Under the pieces are notes generated by a model, which was given only the letters and a program-made list of their open reading frames with translations, ran no database searches and was not told the DNA's origin. Made by a program: the position numbers and the translations under genes. A DNA stretch of 64,000 bases, taken from an uncultured delta proteobacterium. Its GTDB lineage: Bacteria > Desulfobacterota > Desulfomonilia > UBA1062. The DNA lies in contig CAWAUM010000001.1 of assembly GCA_963785235.1 (NCBI GenBank), positions 1-64,000 of the forward strand. Direction: 5' to 3'. How positions within the stretch are numbered: position 1 is the first letter of the stretch; the number at the start of each line of letters is the position of its first letter. This document shows positions 1-11,089 of this stretch, one piece after another.

Positions 1-2
1 GT

Positions 3-1038
3 CTCAAGAACGTCATCTTCCACAAGGATCTGGGTACCTCCTATGAAAAGGTGGAGCGGTTCAGCGAGGTAGCAATGGCCCTGGCCGAGACGCTGGCGCC
101 GGATAAAAAGGCGCAGGTGAAAGAGGCAGCCTCGCTGTGCAAGGGCGACCTCAACAGCCTTATGGTATGCGAGCTGCCCGAACTCCAGGGGATCATGGGC
201 AGGGAATACGCCCTGCGCCAGGGTATTGATCCTGAAGTGGCCGTGGCCATCCGTGAACACTATCTGCCGGCATCCGCCGAGGATATGCTCCCCTCGGGTG
301 TGGTGGGAGACCTCATCGGCATGGCCGACAGGATCGACACCATCTGCGGCTGCTTCGGCATCGGCATGGTGCCTTCCGGTACCTCCGACCCATATGCATT
401 ACGCAGGCAGACTATAGCCATTGAGAACATCCTGCTGGGCAAGGGGTACCATATCTCAATATCGTGGCTTGTGGACGAGGCTCTCAAACAACTTACTGCC
501 AAGCTGAAAAGGCCGGCAGAAGAGACGAAGAAGGATACAAGTAGTCTTCTTTGCAAACCGTTTTGCCGCCATCCTCCAGGGCAGGGGAATTCCCGGTGAT
601 GTGATAGAATCCGTTATCGGTACCTTTGACGACCCCGTAGACACCTTTCAGCGGGCTCAGGCCCTTTCCACCATGCGCAGAGAGCCCTGGTTCGAATCCA
701 TCTGCGCGGCAAGCAAGCGGGTGGAGAATATTCTCAAAAAGACAGCCCCGACCTCCAACGTGAATCCGGCCCTGTTCGCCCAGGACGAGGAAAAGGCTTT
801 GCACAAGGCCTTCCAGGCCATGGAGGGTGCATTTGTCGCCCATACCGAAAAGGGAGAGTACATTGATGCACTCAAGCTGCTTGCAGGTCTCAAGGATCCC
901 ATAGACAGCTTCTTCGAGAAGGTTCTGGTCATGAGCGAGGATATTAAGGTCCGCGAGAACCGGATCGCATTGCTTAAAGGCCTGGTTGTGCTGTTCGACA
1001 AGGTGGCCAAGTTTTCAAAGATATCTACTCAGCAGTAA
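3..1038 (+). CDS. glyS: Glycyl-tRNA synthetase beta subunit, C-terminal part (gene starts before the window; frameshift near 540-560)
   Basis: LKNVIFHKDLGT, ELPELQGIMGREYA, EHYLP, PSGTSDPYALRRQ and a DALR-type C-terminus (FFEKVLVM...RENRIALL), split over ORFs 51-599 and 601-1038. Confidence 0.93.
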
Positions 1039-1040
1039 TC

Positions 1041-2120
1041 ATGAAGAAGTCCCATCCCGCCGAGGGTATCAGGAGGCGGCCTGAGGCAGCAAGCAAGGCC
1101 GACATGAGGGATGCCTTCTCTATCGATGTGGACCGTATTCTCCACTCACAGGCCTACACCTCCTATATCGACAAGACGCAGGTGTTCTACCTTGTGGGCC
1201 ACCAGGGCATATCCCACCGGGTGATCCATGTACAGCTCCTCTCCCGCATCGCCAGGACCATCGGCAGGAAGCTTGGACTCAATGATGACCTCATCGAGGC
1301 CATTGCCATCGGCCACGACATCGGGCACCCGCCGTATGGACACGACGGGGAACGCTACCTAGATGAGCTCTGCACAGGCGCCGGTATCGATCCTTTCCGG
1401 CATAACCTCCAGGCCATTCAGGCACTTGAACGCATCGAGAAAACAGGCCATGGTCTCAACCTCACCCTGCAGGTCCTGGACGGAATCCTTTGCCATAATG
1501 GTGAGATGAACGAACAATCCGTATCTCCGGAAAAGGGTGTGTCCTTTGAGGATCTCGATTTGAAATTGGAAGCCGCACTTAGAGGGGAAAGTCCTTTGCC
1601 CATGACAATGGAGGGCTGCCTTGTGCGGGTTGCGGACACGGTGAGTTACATTGGAAGGGATATCGAGGACGCTATTTCGCTCGGCATCATATCAAGGGAT
1701 GATCTCCCGAATGCAGTGGTACGCGTGCTCGGGGACTCCAATGGCAAGATCGTCTATGCCCTGGTGGAGGACCTCGCCCGCCATTCTTCCGGTAATGCAA
1801 TTGTTTATACACCCCGGATATTCAAGGCACTGACGGCCTTGAAAGAGTTCAATTACGAGAAGATCTACACCAACCCTTTAGTAAAGGCAGAGTCCAGCAA
1901 GATCAGGACAATGTATTCGCTGGTGTTCGCCCGCCTCGTGGAAGATGTAGCGGAGAGGGATCGGTCCTCGCTGGTCTTTACGAACTTCCTGGACAGGCTT
2001 GGAGAACGTTATATAAACTCCCACAATCCCTTTGAGATGGTCCGTGACTTCATTGCGGGGCTGACCGATTCAGGCTTCCTGAGGCTCTTTACCGAGATGT
2101 TCGTGCCGAGTGTAGTATAA
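1041..2120 (+). CDS. dGTP triphosphohydrolase-like HD-domain protein
   Basis: DVDRILHS, KTQV, GHDIGHPPYGHDGE, ILCH, VADTVSY, VRDFIAGLTD motifs. Confidence 0.88.
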   Translation: MKKSHPAEGIRRRPEAASKADMRDAFSIDVDRILHSQAYTSYIDKTQVFYLVGHQGISHRVIHVQLLSRIARTIGRKLGLNDDLIEAIAIGHDIGHPPYGHDGERYLDELCTGAGIDPFRHNLQAIQALERIEKTGHGLNLTLQVLDGILCHNGEMNEQSVSPEKGVSFEDLDLKLEAALRGESPLPMTMEGCLVRVADTVSYIGRDIEDAISLGIISRDDLPNAVVRVLGDSNGKIVYALVEDLARHSSGNAIVYTPRIFKALTALKEFNYEKIYTNPLVKAESSKIRTMYSLVFARLVEDVAERDRSSLVFTNFLDRLGERYINSHNPFEMVRDFIAGLTDSGFLRLFTEMFVPSVV

Positions 2121-2205
2121 TAGATTTCAGAAGGCTTGATAAAAGAATATAGAAGATTATTATTATTCTCAGTCCTTGATAAAAAGAAAAGATCTAGAAT
2201 ATAAA

Positions 2206-2220
2206 CGGCACGCCAATAGC
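2206..2220 (+). promoter_or_regulatory. Possible sigma54 -24/-12 promoter of the RHH gene
   Basis: CGGCACG-CCAA-TAGC gives GG-N10-GC about 30 nt upstream of ATG 2250, with SD GAGAGG in between. Confidence 0.35.
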
Positions 2221-2249
2221 GGTAATATAAAATTAGAGAGAGGTATATT

Positions 2250-2489
2250 ATGGGTGTAAGAGGAAGGAAGCCCCTGGCACTGAGAAGTGGTGACAACAAG
2301 GCGGTATTAATCAAAAGAAACTATTACATTGAGGAGCGATATACAAAGGCACTTACCGTGCTTTCTGCTTTAACGGGTAAAGAGCTTTCACTGCTGGTAA
2401 ATGAGGCTATCGGTGATCTGATTAATAAATACCAGCCCAAGACAGATATCGACCTTCTCCGATTGAAAGTGATCAAAAAAGAAGATTAA
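2250..2489 (+). CDS. Small ribbon-helix-helix-type DNA-binding protein
   Basis: 79 aa with SD; strand-like KRNYYI followed by two helices (TKALTVLSALTGKELSLLVNEAIGDLINKY). Confidence 0.6.
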   Translation: MGVRGRKPLALRSGDNKAVLIKRNYYIEERYTKALTVLSALTGKELSLLVNEAIGDLINKYQPKTDIDLLRLKVIKKED

Positions 2490-2769
2490 AGCATAATTTT
2501 TAATACAGATATTCATTATGTAGCAGGTTAACGTGTTGTATGAACTCGAGTAAAGAGTTCATTCATAAAGTTACTTTCAGTGCAGAAAGCGATTTTTTCA
2601 CCTGCATGGTGGGGGGGGTTATGTCTTAATGGATGCAAAAGGGGTTTATAATCCTGTTTCCTAATATAATCCTGAACAAGTTCAGCTGTTTTCATGAGTG
2701 AACAAAATGGACTGCTTCCAATACTAATCGTTACGGCCGTAGGATCATGATTCTCAAGAGGGTTGTAAA

Positions 2770-5700
2770 ATGACAGAGGTGGAGAAGACGAGAGATCAGC
2801 TTATAAAACAGCTGGATGACTTACGAGAAAGGGTCGCTGAGTTGGAAAGTGCATCTTCCGAGCTCAATTGGGCCAAAGATAATATCAATGCCCAAAAAGT
2901 TATTGACACACCCGATTTAGAATCAAAAGAAAGGAATTTTCAGGCAAGTGAATTATGCAGAGAAAGCGAAGAGAAGTTTGCCAAGGTCTTTTTGCAAAAC
3001 TCAGTCCCCATGGCCATCAGCACTATTAAGGAAGGAAGCTAGTTGATGTGAGCGATGCTTTCCTAGATCTCATGGGTCTTTCGCGTGAGGAGATAATCGG
3101 AAATACCTCAACAGGGGATAGGTTTAATTACCCCTGAGCAGAGATCGGTTGTATTAAGCGAATTCATCAAGAATGGCCGGGTGGTGAACCTCGAGTTGCA
3201 GGTATGCACAAAGGGGGGAGAGTTCAGATATGGGCTTTTCAACTCAACAAAGATACAGATAGGGCAGGATGAGTATTTACTTACAGTGGTAACGGATATC
3301 ACACAGCAAAAGCAGGCTGAAGAATCACTTCGGATGAGTGAGGATCGCTTCAGGCGCATGACGAACAATCTCCCTGGGGCGGTGTATCAATTCTATGCCC
3401 GGCCTAATGGTGAAATGGGGCTTTACTTTTTGAGCGAACGAGCTTTCGAGCTATTGGGTTTAGAAAACGAACTGCAGAATTTCTTTCCGCTTGTTACCTC
3501 CTGTATTGTCCCGGAAGACAGAGAGGCGTTTCTGGAATCGATCCAGCAAGCTGTCCGCACACTCAGCAGATGGGATCATGAGGTACGGTACATCAGCCCC
3601 GGGGGAAAAGAGATGTATATCAGGGGCCTTTCTCAACCCAGGCAGCAAAAGGATGAAATCGTTTTTGACGGGGTGTTGCTGGATGTCACTGATCAAAGAC
3701 ATACTGACCTGGCATTAAGTGAATCAGAAACCAAGTATCGTATACTACATGATACAATGAGAGATGCCTACGTAAGTGTCGACATGGATGGCCATATCAT
3801 AGAATGCAATGAAGTCTATCTGAAAATGCTTGGATATGATTGGGAAGAGATTAAAAAACTGACTTATTTAGATCTAACCCCCGAAAAATGGCATGCCTAT
3901 GAGGCTGCCATTATCCAGAATCATATACTACCCATGGGGTATTCTGACATCTACGAAAAAGAATACCGAAGGAAGGACGGTACAATTTTCCCCATCGAGT
4001 TAAGGACAATCCTTATCAGGGATGATGAGGGAAAACCAACAAGCATGTGGGCAATAGTGCGTGAAATCACTGGGCGCAAGAAGGTTGAAGAGACCCTGAA
4101 ACAAGCGATGGCTTACAACCGCAGTCTCATTGAAGCAAGCCTGGACCCGCTTGTGACCATTGGTCGGGACGGCAGGATCACCGATGTGAACATGGCCACG
4201 GAACAAGTAATAGGCTATGCAAGGGATGAGCTCATCGGAAGGGATTTTTCGGACTACTTCACCGAGCCCCAGAAGGCTAGAACCATTTATCAGCAGGTGT
4301 TCCGGGAAGGGCTGGCACGTGATTACGAGCTCGATCTTCGACATCGAGATGGGCATATCACCGAGGTGTTATATAATGCCTCAGTCTACAGGGATTCCTC
4401 CGGGCAGGTAGCCGGTGTATTTGCTGCTGCGCGGGACATATCTGAGCGCAAGACGGCCGAAAAGAGACTCCGTTCCTCTGAGAAGAAATTCTCAACAGCC
4501 TTTCATGATAATCCCGCCCCCATGGTGATAACAGATCCCGCAGACGGAAGAATAGTAGATTTCAACAGTGCGTGCGAGGCCTGGTCAGGGTACACCCGTG
4601 ATGAGGGTATTGGGCAAACCACCATTGGCCTTGGTATTTTATCTGCTGAACAAAGGGATAATCTAAATGAGGCAATTACCCGTCAAGGTAAAGCCGATTT
4701 TATAAGCATGGATTATAAGGTCAAGGACGGGGTGGTCCGTAAGATTCTCCACTCAGCAAGGTTTATAAACATTGATAATAAAACACATCTCCTTTCCCAT
4801 ATCCTTGACATTACCGAGCAAAGTAAGGCGGAGAAGGCGCTTATAGACCGACAGGCGAGGTTAAACAGTATTTTTCGTGCAGCGCCCACAGGGATCGGTG
4901 TGGCTGTCAACCGAATTCTCACCGAGGTCAATGACCGTATCTGTGAGATGACGGGATATACCCGGGAAGAGCTTCTCGGGAAATCAGTCAGCATGTTTTA
5001 TACCACCAAGGAGGAATTCGACCAGGTAGGCTTGAAGAAAAATAGACAGATGGAACAACTCGGTATGGGATCTGTGGAGACGCGCTGGAGGAGGAAAGAT
5101 GGTCAAATCATAGACATCCTTCTTACCTCAGCTGCCATTGTGTCTGGAGATCTTACCTCCGGGGTGACCTTCACTGCCCTTGACATTACCCGGAGGAAGA
5201 GGGCCGAAGATGCCCTGAGGGAGAGTGAATCCAGGTACCGCTTCCTGACAGAGAGGATAAACGACATCGTCTGGGTTGCGGATATGGATTTCAACCTTAC
5301 CTACATGAGCCCTTCTGTTGAAAGAATCATGGGGTATACGCCGCAGGAGCGCCTGGGAAAGAAGGCCTCGTCAACGATGACCCCCGAATCCGCCGCAAAA
5401 TCCTTTGATATGTTCGTCGCTGAGATCCAGAGGGTGCAGAAAAAAGGCAGTGAAACTACAAAACCCATTCTGATGGAACTTGAGTATTGTCACAAGAACG
5501 GATCAACCGTGTGGATGGAAGTGAATGCGAGCCTTTTGCTCGATGCTGACGGGCAGATTCTCGGGGCCCATGGGGTGTCGCGAGACATCAATATGCGCAA
5601 GCGGGCAGAGAACGCCCTGCGTGAAAGTGAAGCCAAGTACCGGTTTCTGACAGAGAAGATGTACGACATTATCTGGACTGCCGGCTTGGATTTCCAGCTC

Positions 5701-6594
5701 ACATACGACAGCCCTTCTGTTGAAAGGGTCTTGGGGTATACGCCACAGGAGCGTATGAGGCAAAAGGCCAGCGAAATGTTGACCCCGGAATCTTATGCTT
5801 ACGCCCTTGAGGTCCTGAGCGCAGAACTCATGCACGACCAGGAAGAGGGAGTTGATCCGGATAGAACTATCAAACTGGAACTGGAATATTATCACAAAAA
5901 CGGTTCCACGGTATGGATGGAGTGTATTGTTAGCGCTATCCGTGATCATGACGGTGAAATCAGTGGGATTCATGGTGTGTCGCGCGATATCACTCTTCGA
6001 AAACAAGTCGAGGAAGAGCTGAAGAAACACCGTTATCAGCTTGAAGAGCTCGTAAATGAACGCACAGCTGAACTCACAAAGGCATATGAATATCTGAAAC
6101 AGGAGAACGAGGCAAGGAAAGCGGGTGAATCGGCTTTAAGGGCCAGGGAAATGGAACTGGAAAAGGGCCGCCGAGAGCTTGTAGAGATGAATTCCGCACT
6201 GAAGGTTCTGCTCAAACAGAGGGAAGAGGACAAGGTAAACATGGAGATGAATATCATCTCGAATATCAAGACGTCTGTCCTGCCCTACATTGAGAAACTG
6301 GAATCATCCGGCCTTGCAGAGGGCCAGATGAGGATCAGTTCCATGATAAAATCCCTTTTGGGAGAGATCACTTCACCCTTCATCAAGAAAGTCTCCTCGG
6401 AATTCCTTGGCTTCACGCCAAACGAGATACAGGTCGCATCACTGGTCAAAGAAGGGAAGAGCTCGAAAGAAATCGCAGAGATATTAAATATTTCTCTCAA
6501 TACGGTCCATACCTACAGGTATAAGATCCGCATAAAGACTGGGCTGAAAAACAACAAGGTGAACCTGAGGTCTTACCTGCAGACCTTGGGATAG
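2770..6594 (+). CDS. Multi-PAS (about 8 PAS/PAC) one-component regulator with C-terminal LuxR/GerE HTH (two compensating indels near 3037 and 3115)
   Basis: Repeated PAS/PAC units ending in DIT/DIS-xRK-xAE; coiled coil; FTPNEIQVASLVKEGKSSKEIAEILNISLNTVHTYRYKIRIK; no H-box or HATPase. Confidence 0.88.
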
Positions 6595-6715
6595 AATGGC
6601 ACGTTCTTCTATTAGTGATATAGAGCCACTAATTTATAACCTTTCTTTCATTATAGACAGGCCTAGCCTGAGCTCGTTATAGTAACATTTATTTTTTCAA
6701 GATCAAGGATGCATC

Positions 6716-6950
6716 ATGAAAGATAAGAAATTTTGGAAGAACTTATGTGTTTACCAGGAAATCGTCAATCCTTGAGATGATGGAATTAATTGATGATTTC
6801 CGGGAAGAGGCGAGACAGGCAAAGAAAGAGATGACTGTCCTGATCATGGATGAACTGTATAACAAATGTAATCTGATCCTCCTGCAGAATAGCGTCCTTC
6901 ATCACTACACGACATCAAAGGAGTTTCATCTTACCAGCCCACAACCATAG
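6716..6950 (+). CDS. Small hypothetical protein (start uncertain, possible indel)
   Basis: ORF 6747-6950; upstream ATG at about 6716 is in another frame; no motif recognised. Confidence 0.3.
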
Positions 6951-6983
6951 AAATAAACGCACAGAATGAACAGTAGAGGGTTC

Positions 6984-8210
6984 CTATTTCCACGTTCGTT
7001 CGTCAACCAACAGCTTTGTGTCAGTTGAAAGGCTGCCTGGGTTAAGGATCTCCACGCTATCCAGTTTGACGGTACAGATCTCCTGAAAGATTTTTTCGAA
7101 TCGCGCCTGGAATTCATTTCCCAATAAGCCGGCAGCCTGGGCATCGAGCTTGGCGGTCAGGTTGTCCCGATGGCCCGAGCGGCTTATTACAAGCTGAACA
7201 ACAAGTCCGGGGAAGGTTTCACAGACCCTCTTTACCTGGCTTGGGGCAATGAACATACCGCGGACCTTCACTGCGTCGCCCACCCTTCCGGCAATGCCTG
7301 AGAGCCTTAAGCCTGTCCTGCCGCATGGGCATGGCTCCTCGATGATGCTTGAGAGGTCGCCCGTTCCGAAGCGCAGCAGGAAGAAGATGTGGTTCAATCT
7401 TGTCACAACTACCTCTCCCAGCTCTCCGGGGTTGACGGGTTCTCCCGTTGCCGGGTCCACTATCTCAACGATCACCTCCTCGCAGAGGTGCCAGCCTTTC
7501 TTGCCGGAGCACTCATAGGCCACATCCCCCACCTCTGTTGCGCCGTACATCTGAAAGGTATCGATGCCGTAGTCGGTCTCGAAGAGCTGTCTCAGAGAGG
7601 GTTGCAGGGGCTCGGCAGCGAAGCTCGCACGCTTCACCTTGAAATCTCTTGCAAAGTCATAGCCCATCTCCGAGGCCTTGGTGATGATTGCCATGAGGAA
7701 GCTCGGGGTCCCGGTGTAGCCCGTTATGTTCAGGTCCTTTATGAGCTGGACCTGCTGCTGGGTGGCAGAAGATCCCGAGGGAACTACGGTTGCCCCAACC
7801 TTGTTAAGCCCTCCATGGAAGGTGAGGCCTGCCGCTACCATGTGGTAGGAAAAGGCATTGAGCACGATGTCTCCATGTGCGAAGCCTGCTGCCTTGTAGG
7901 CCCTGGCCCAAAGCGGGTCATGGGAACCCAGGTGAGGTTCATAAACCGGCCCCGGAGAGGTGAAGATACGCTCGATAACAGCATTCGGATCAGCCAGCCC
8001 TCCATAGGGAGGCTCCTTTGCCTCCATGTCCACAAGCTGCTCCCGTGAAATTATAGGGAGCTTCACAAGGTCATGGACGGTCTGAATATCGGTCGGCTTC
8101 AAAGAGCGATCCTGGAGGACCGATCTGAGCTTTGGTGAACGCTCAAAGCCCAGCCGGACCATCTCGGAGAGCCTCTTGTTCTGGTATGTCTCCCGCTCAT
8201 GGCGGGTCAT
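6984..8210 (-). CDS. Phenylacetate-CoA ligase (PaaK)-family adenylate-forming enzyme
   Basis: NAFSYH, YTGTPSF, FAAEPL, QMYGATEVG, EEVIVEIVDP, LRFGTGDLS, CPCGRT, GRVGDAVKVRGMFI. Confidence 0.85.
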   Translation of the reverse strand: MTRHERETYQNKRLSEMVRLGFERSPKLRSVLQDRSLKPTDIQTVHDLVKLPIISREQLVDMEAKEPPYGGLADPNAVIERIFTSPGPVYEPHLGSHDPLWARAYKAAGFAHGDIVLNAFSYHMVAAGLTFHGGLNKVGATVVPSGSSATQQQVQLIKDLNITGYTGTPSFLMAIITKASEMGYDFARDFKVKRASFAAEPLQPSLRQLFETDYGIDTFQMYGATEVGDVAYECSGKKGWHLCEEVIVEIVDPATGEPVNPGELGEVVVTRLNHIFFLLRFGTGDLSSIIEEPCPCGRTGLRLSGIAGRVGDAVKVRGMFIAPSQVKRVCETFPGLVVQLVISRSGHRDNLTAKLDAQAAGLLGNEFQARFEKIFQEICTVKLDSVEILNPGSLSTDTKLLVDERTWK

Positions 8211-8288
8211 GGTTTCAAGATCGTCTAGATAATGTGTTCACATCAAACCCCCTCTCACCCTACGATTCATTCATCACTAATCATTCAC

Positions 8289-9101
8289 CTACAGCCACCG
8301 CTTTCTGCGCTTATATGACTTCACGTCCCGGTATGACCTGGCTGTGCCGCCTGCGCTTACCCCGAGGTAGAACTCCTTCACGTCGGGATTCTCCTTCAGG
8401 TTGTCCGCCTCTCCCTCCATCACGACACGGCCATTCTCCATGACATAGCCATAGTGGGCGATCTGCAGTGCCATATTGGCGTTCTGCTCTACCAGGACGA
8501 TGGTGGTCCCCTGTTCTTCGTTGATCCGACGGATGATCCGGAAGATCTCTTTCACAACGAGCGGCGCAAGTCCAAGCGATGGCTCATCTAAAAGGAGCAG
8601 TTTGGGGTGGGCCATGAGTGCCCTGCCCATAACCACCATCTGGAGTTCGCCCCCGCTGCAGTAACCGGCCAGTGCCTTTCTGCGTTTCATCAGGGCAGGG
8701 AAGTAGCCATATACAAGATCCAGGTCCTTCTTGTAGGGCTTGGTCCAGCGTGTTGCCGTCCCGACCTTCAGATTCTCTTCAATGGTGAGGTACTTGAAGG
8801 GCTGCCTTCCCTCCAGGACCTGGATGATGCCCAGGCGGGTAAGCTCCTCGGGAGACAGGTTCTGTACGAGCTCGCCGGCGTATATGATATTGCCGTCCGT
8901 CACCTTGCCGTTTTCCGGCTTGAGCAGGCCGGATATGGCCTTGAGCGTGGTGGTCTTGCCCGCCCCGTTGCTCCCGAGCAACGATACGATGCGGCCCCTT
9001 TGTACATTGAGCGACACCCCCTTGAGCACCTGGATGACATCCGAATAGACAACGCTGATGTTGTTGAGCTGGAGCAGGGTATCGGTAGTAGAGTCTTCCA
9101 T
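8289..9101 (-). CDS. Liv-type ABC transporter ATP-binding subunit (LivF-like)
   Basis: GSNGAGKTT, CSGGELQM, LLLLDEPSLGLAP, VEQNA. Confidence 0.92.
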   Translation of the reverse strand: MEDSTTDTLLQLNNISVVYSDVIQVLKGVSLNVQRGRIVSLLGSNGAGKTTTLKAISGLLKPENGKVTDGNIIYAGELVQNLSPEELTRLGIIQVLEGRQPFKYLTIEENLKVGTATRWTKPYKKDLDLVYGYFPALMKRRKALAGYCSGGELQMVVMGRALMAHPKLLLLDEPSLGLAPLVVKEIFRIIRRINEEQGTTIVLVEQNANMALQIAHYGYVMENGRVVMEGEADNLKENPDVKEFYLGVSAGGTARSYRDVKSYKRRKRWL

Positions 9102-9111
9102 CACATGAACC

Positions 9112-10183
9112 TCAGTAGGAGAACGGCCATAGCCGGAAGGTGGACCGTACGATGCGCCACAGTTCTGCGAGCCCCTTTGGCTCGAACAGGATAAACAGGA
9201 CAATAGCCAGACCAAAGGCAAACTCGCGCAGTGATGCCATGTTGAGCCCGAACCCGCTCAGTGCGGAGATGTTCATCATGGCATCCGTTGCAAAGCGCAA
9301 AACCTCGTTGAGGCCCGTGATGAAGATTGCCCCGAAGATGGAGCCCGGGATGCTGCCGAGGCCCCCGATAATGACCATGGCGATATATTCCACAGAGAGC
9401 CCCAGGGTAAAGGGCTCGGTGGATATGCTCTTCATGTAGTATGCCCACAAAGCGCCTGCAAAGCCTGCATAGAAGGAGCTGATGGCAAAGGCGAGCAGCT
9501 TGTAGAAAAAGATGGGTATACCCATGCCCTCAGCTGCCCGGTCATTGTCGCGGATGGCAATAAAGGCCCTGCCATAGCGTGTTCTCATGAGGTTGGATGC
9601 AACAAAGGTGAGGCCTACCAGACATATGAAGATCAGGTAGAAGAATCGCGTATCCGAGTTGATGGCAAGGCCGAACAGGTTTGCCTCAGGCAGCATGATG
9701 CCCATTGTGCCCTTGGTGAGGCTGTCCCAGTGCACAAGGATGTATTCGATGATAAACTGGCCTGCCAGCGTTGCGATGGTGAGGTAGAGCCCTTTGAGCC
9801 TGCCCGAGGGGATGCCGAAGATCATGCCCACAATAGCGGTGATGAGCCCGGACGCAGGAATCGAGATCCACAAGGGAAGGCCAACCGTAGTGGCCAGGAT
9901 GGCCCCGGCATATGCCCCTACGCCGAAGAAGGCCCCGTGGCCCAGCGAGATCTGGCCTGTGAACCCGATGAGGATATTCAGGCCCAAGGCGGCAATGGCC
10001 GCGATCCCCGTCATGTTGATGACATAGAGCAGATAGGGGGAGCTGATGAAGTGGCACTACCCCGAAGAGGAAGGCGAGCCCGATGAAGGCCCACATGCGG
10101 CCGAAATCCGTCTCGAAGATGGTGAGTTCCTGGCCGTAGTGTTCCTTGTAGTTCCCGCACGGGTGGAATTGAAGCCGCTTCAT
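9112..10183 (-). CDS. Liv-type ABC transporter permease (LivM-like; frameshift near 10050)
   Basis: GFTGQISLGHGAFFGVGAY, RLKGLYLTIATLA, GRAFIAIRDND, IIGGLGSIPG. Confidence 0.9.
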
Positions 10184-10184
10184 T

Positions 10185-11063
10185 CTACACCCTCTCGATC
10201 TCAACCAGGCCGAAGAGGCCATAGGGCTTGATGAGCAGGATGACGACCAGGACGATATACGGGATCACATCGCGCAGTGACGGAGAGATGTATCCGCTCG
10301 TGAAGGTCTCCAGCAGCCCGATGATGATCCCGCCGATAATGGCCCCGCCGATGCTGTCCAGTCCGCCCAGTATGACCACCGGAAAGACCTTGAGCCCGAG
10401 CGAACTGATCTCGTGCACATTGATGCCGTTGATGGTCCCGAGCATAATGCCGCTCATGCCTGCGACCATGGCCGCTATGGCCCAGGACAGGGCAAAGACC
10501 TTCTTCACGTGGACGCCTAAGGACATGGCGGCAGTCTGGTTGTCGGCCACGCTCCGCATATATATGCCCTGGGGCGAGTACTTGAAGAAGAGCCCGAAGA
10601 GCACCAGAAAGATCACTCCCAGCAGCGAGGAGGCCACATATACCGGAGGGATGTAGATAGTGCCCATTTGGATGGCAAGGGCGCCTGGCAGGAAATCGGG
10701 GTAGGTCTGGAGGTTGCCCCCGAAGAAGAACAGGAGCAGTCCCTTGAACATGGAAGCCAGACCTACGGTGAGCATGATGACAAAGATGAGCGACTCGCCG
10801 ATCAAGGGCCGCAGGAAGAGGCGCTCCACAACGAATCCGAGAACGAAGCTTCCGGAAAGGGTGATGAGGAAGGCGAGGATCACCGGGACCTTGATCCACG
10901 ATACCAGCACGAGGAAGAAATATGCGCCCATGGCCATGAGCTGGCCGTGGGCGAAGTTCAGCACGGACGACGACTTGAAGATCATGACAAAGCCCAGGGC
11001 CGACAGGCCGTAGAGAAGTCCGACGCTCAGGCCGTTTATGAGGAGCTGTAAGAAGAATTCCAT
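10185..11063 (-). CDS. Liv-type ABC transporter permease (LivH-like)
   Basis: ALGFVMIFKSSSVLNFAHG, VVILGGLDSIGGA, KPYGLFG. Confidence 0.92.
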   Translation of the reverse strand: MEFFLQLLINGLSVGLLYGLSALGFVMIFKSSSVLNFAHGQLMAMGAYFFLVLVSWIKVPVILAFLITLSGSFVLGFVVERLFLRPLIGESLIFVIMLTVGLASMFKGLLLFFFGGNLQTYPDFLPGALAIQMGTIYIPPVYVASSLLGVIFLVLFGLFFKYSPQGIYMRSVADNQTAAMSLGVHVKKVFALSWAIAAMVAGMSGIMLGTINGINVHEISSLGLKVFPVVILGGLDSIGGAIIGGIIIGLLETFTSGYISPSLRDVIPYIVLVVILLIKPYGLFGLVEIERV

Positions 11064-11089
11064 GTATTCTCTCCTGGTTCGTGCATTTC

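Noticed and set aside
6597-6612. Sigma54 promoter TGGCACG after the PAS-LuxR gene
   Set aside because: The -12 element reads TCTA, with no GC at the required spacing.
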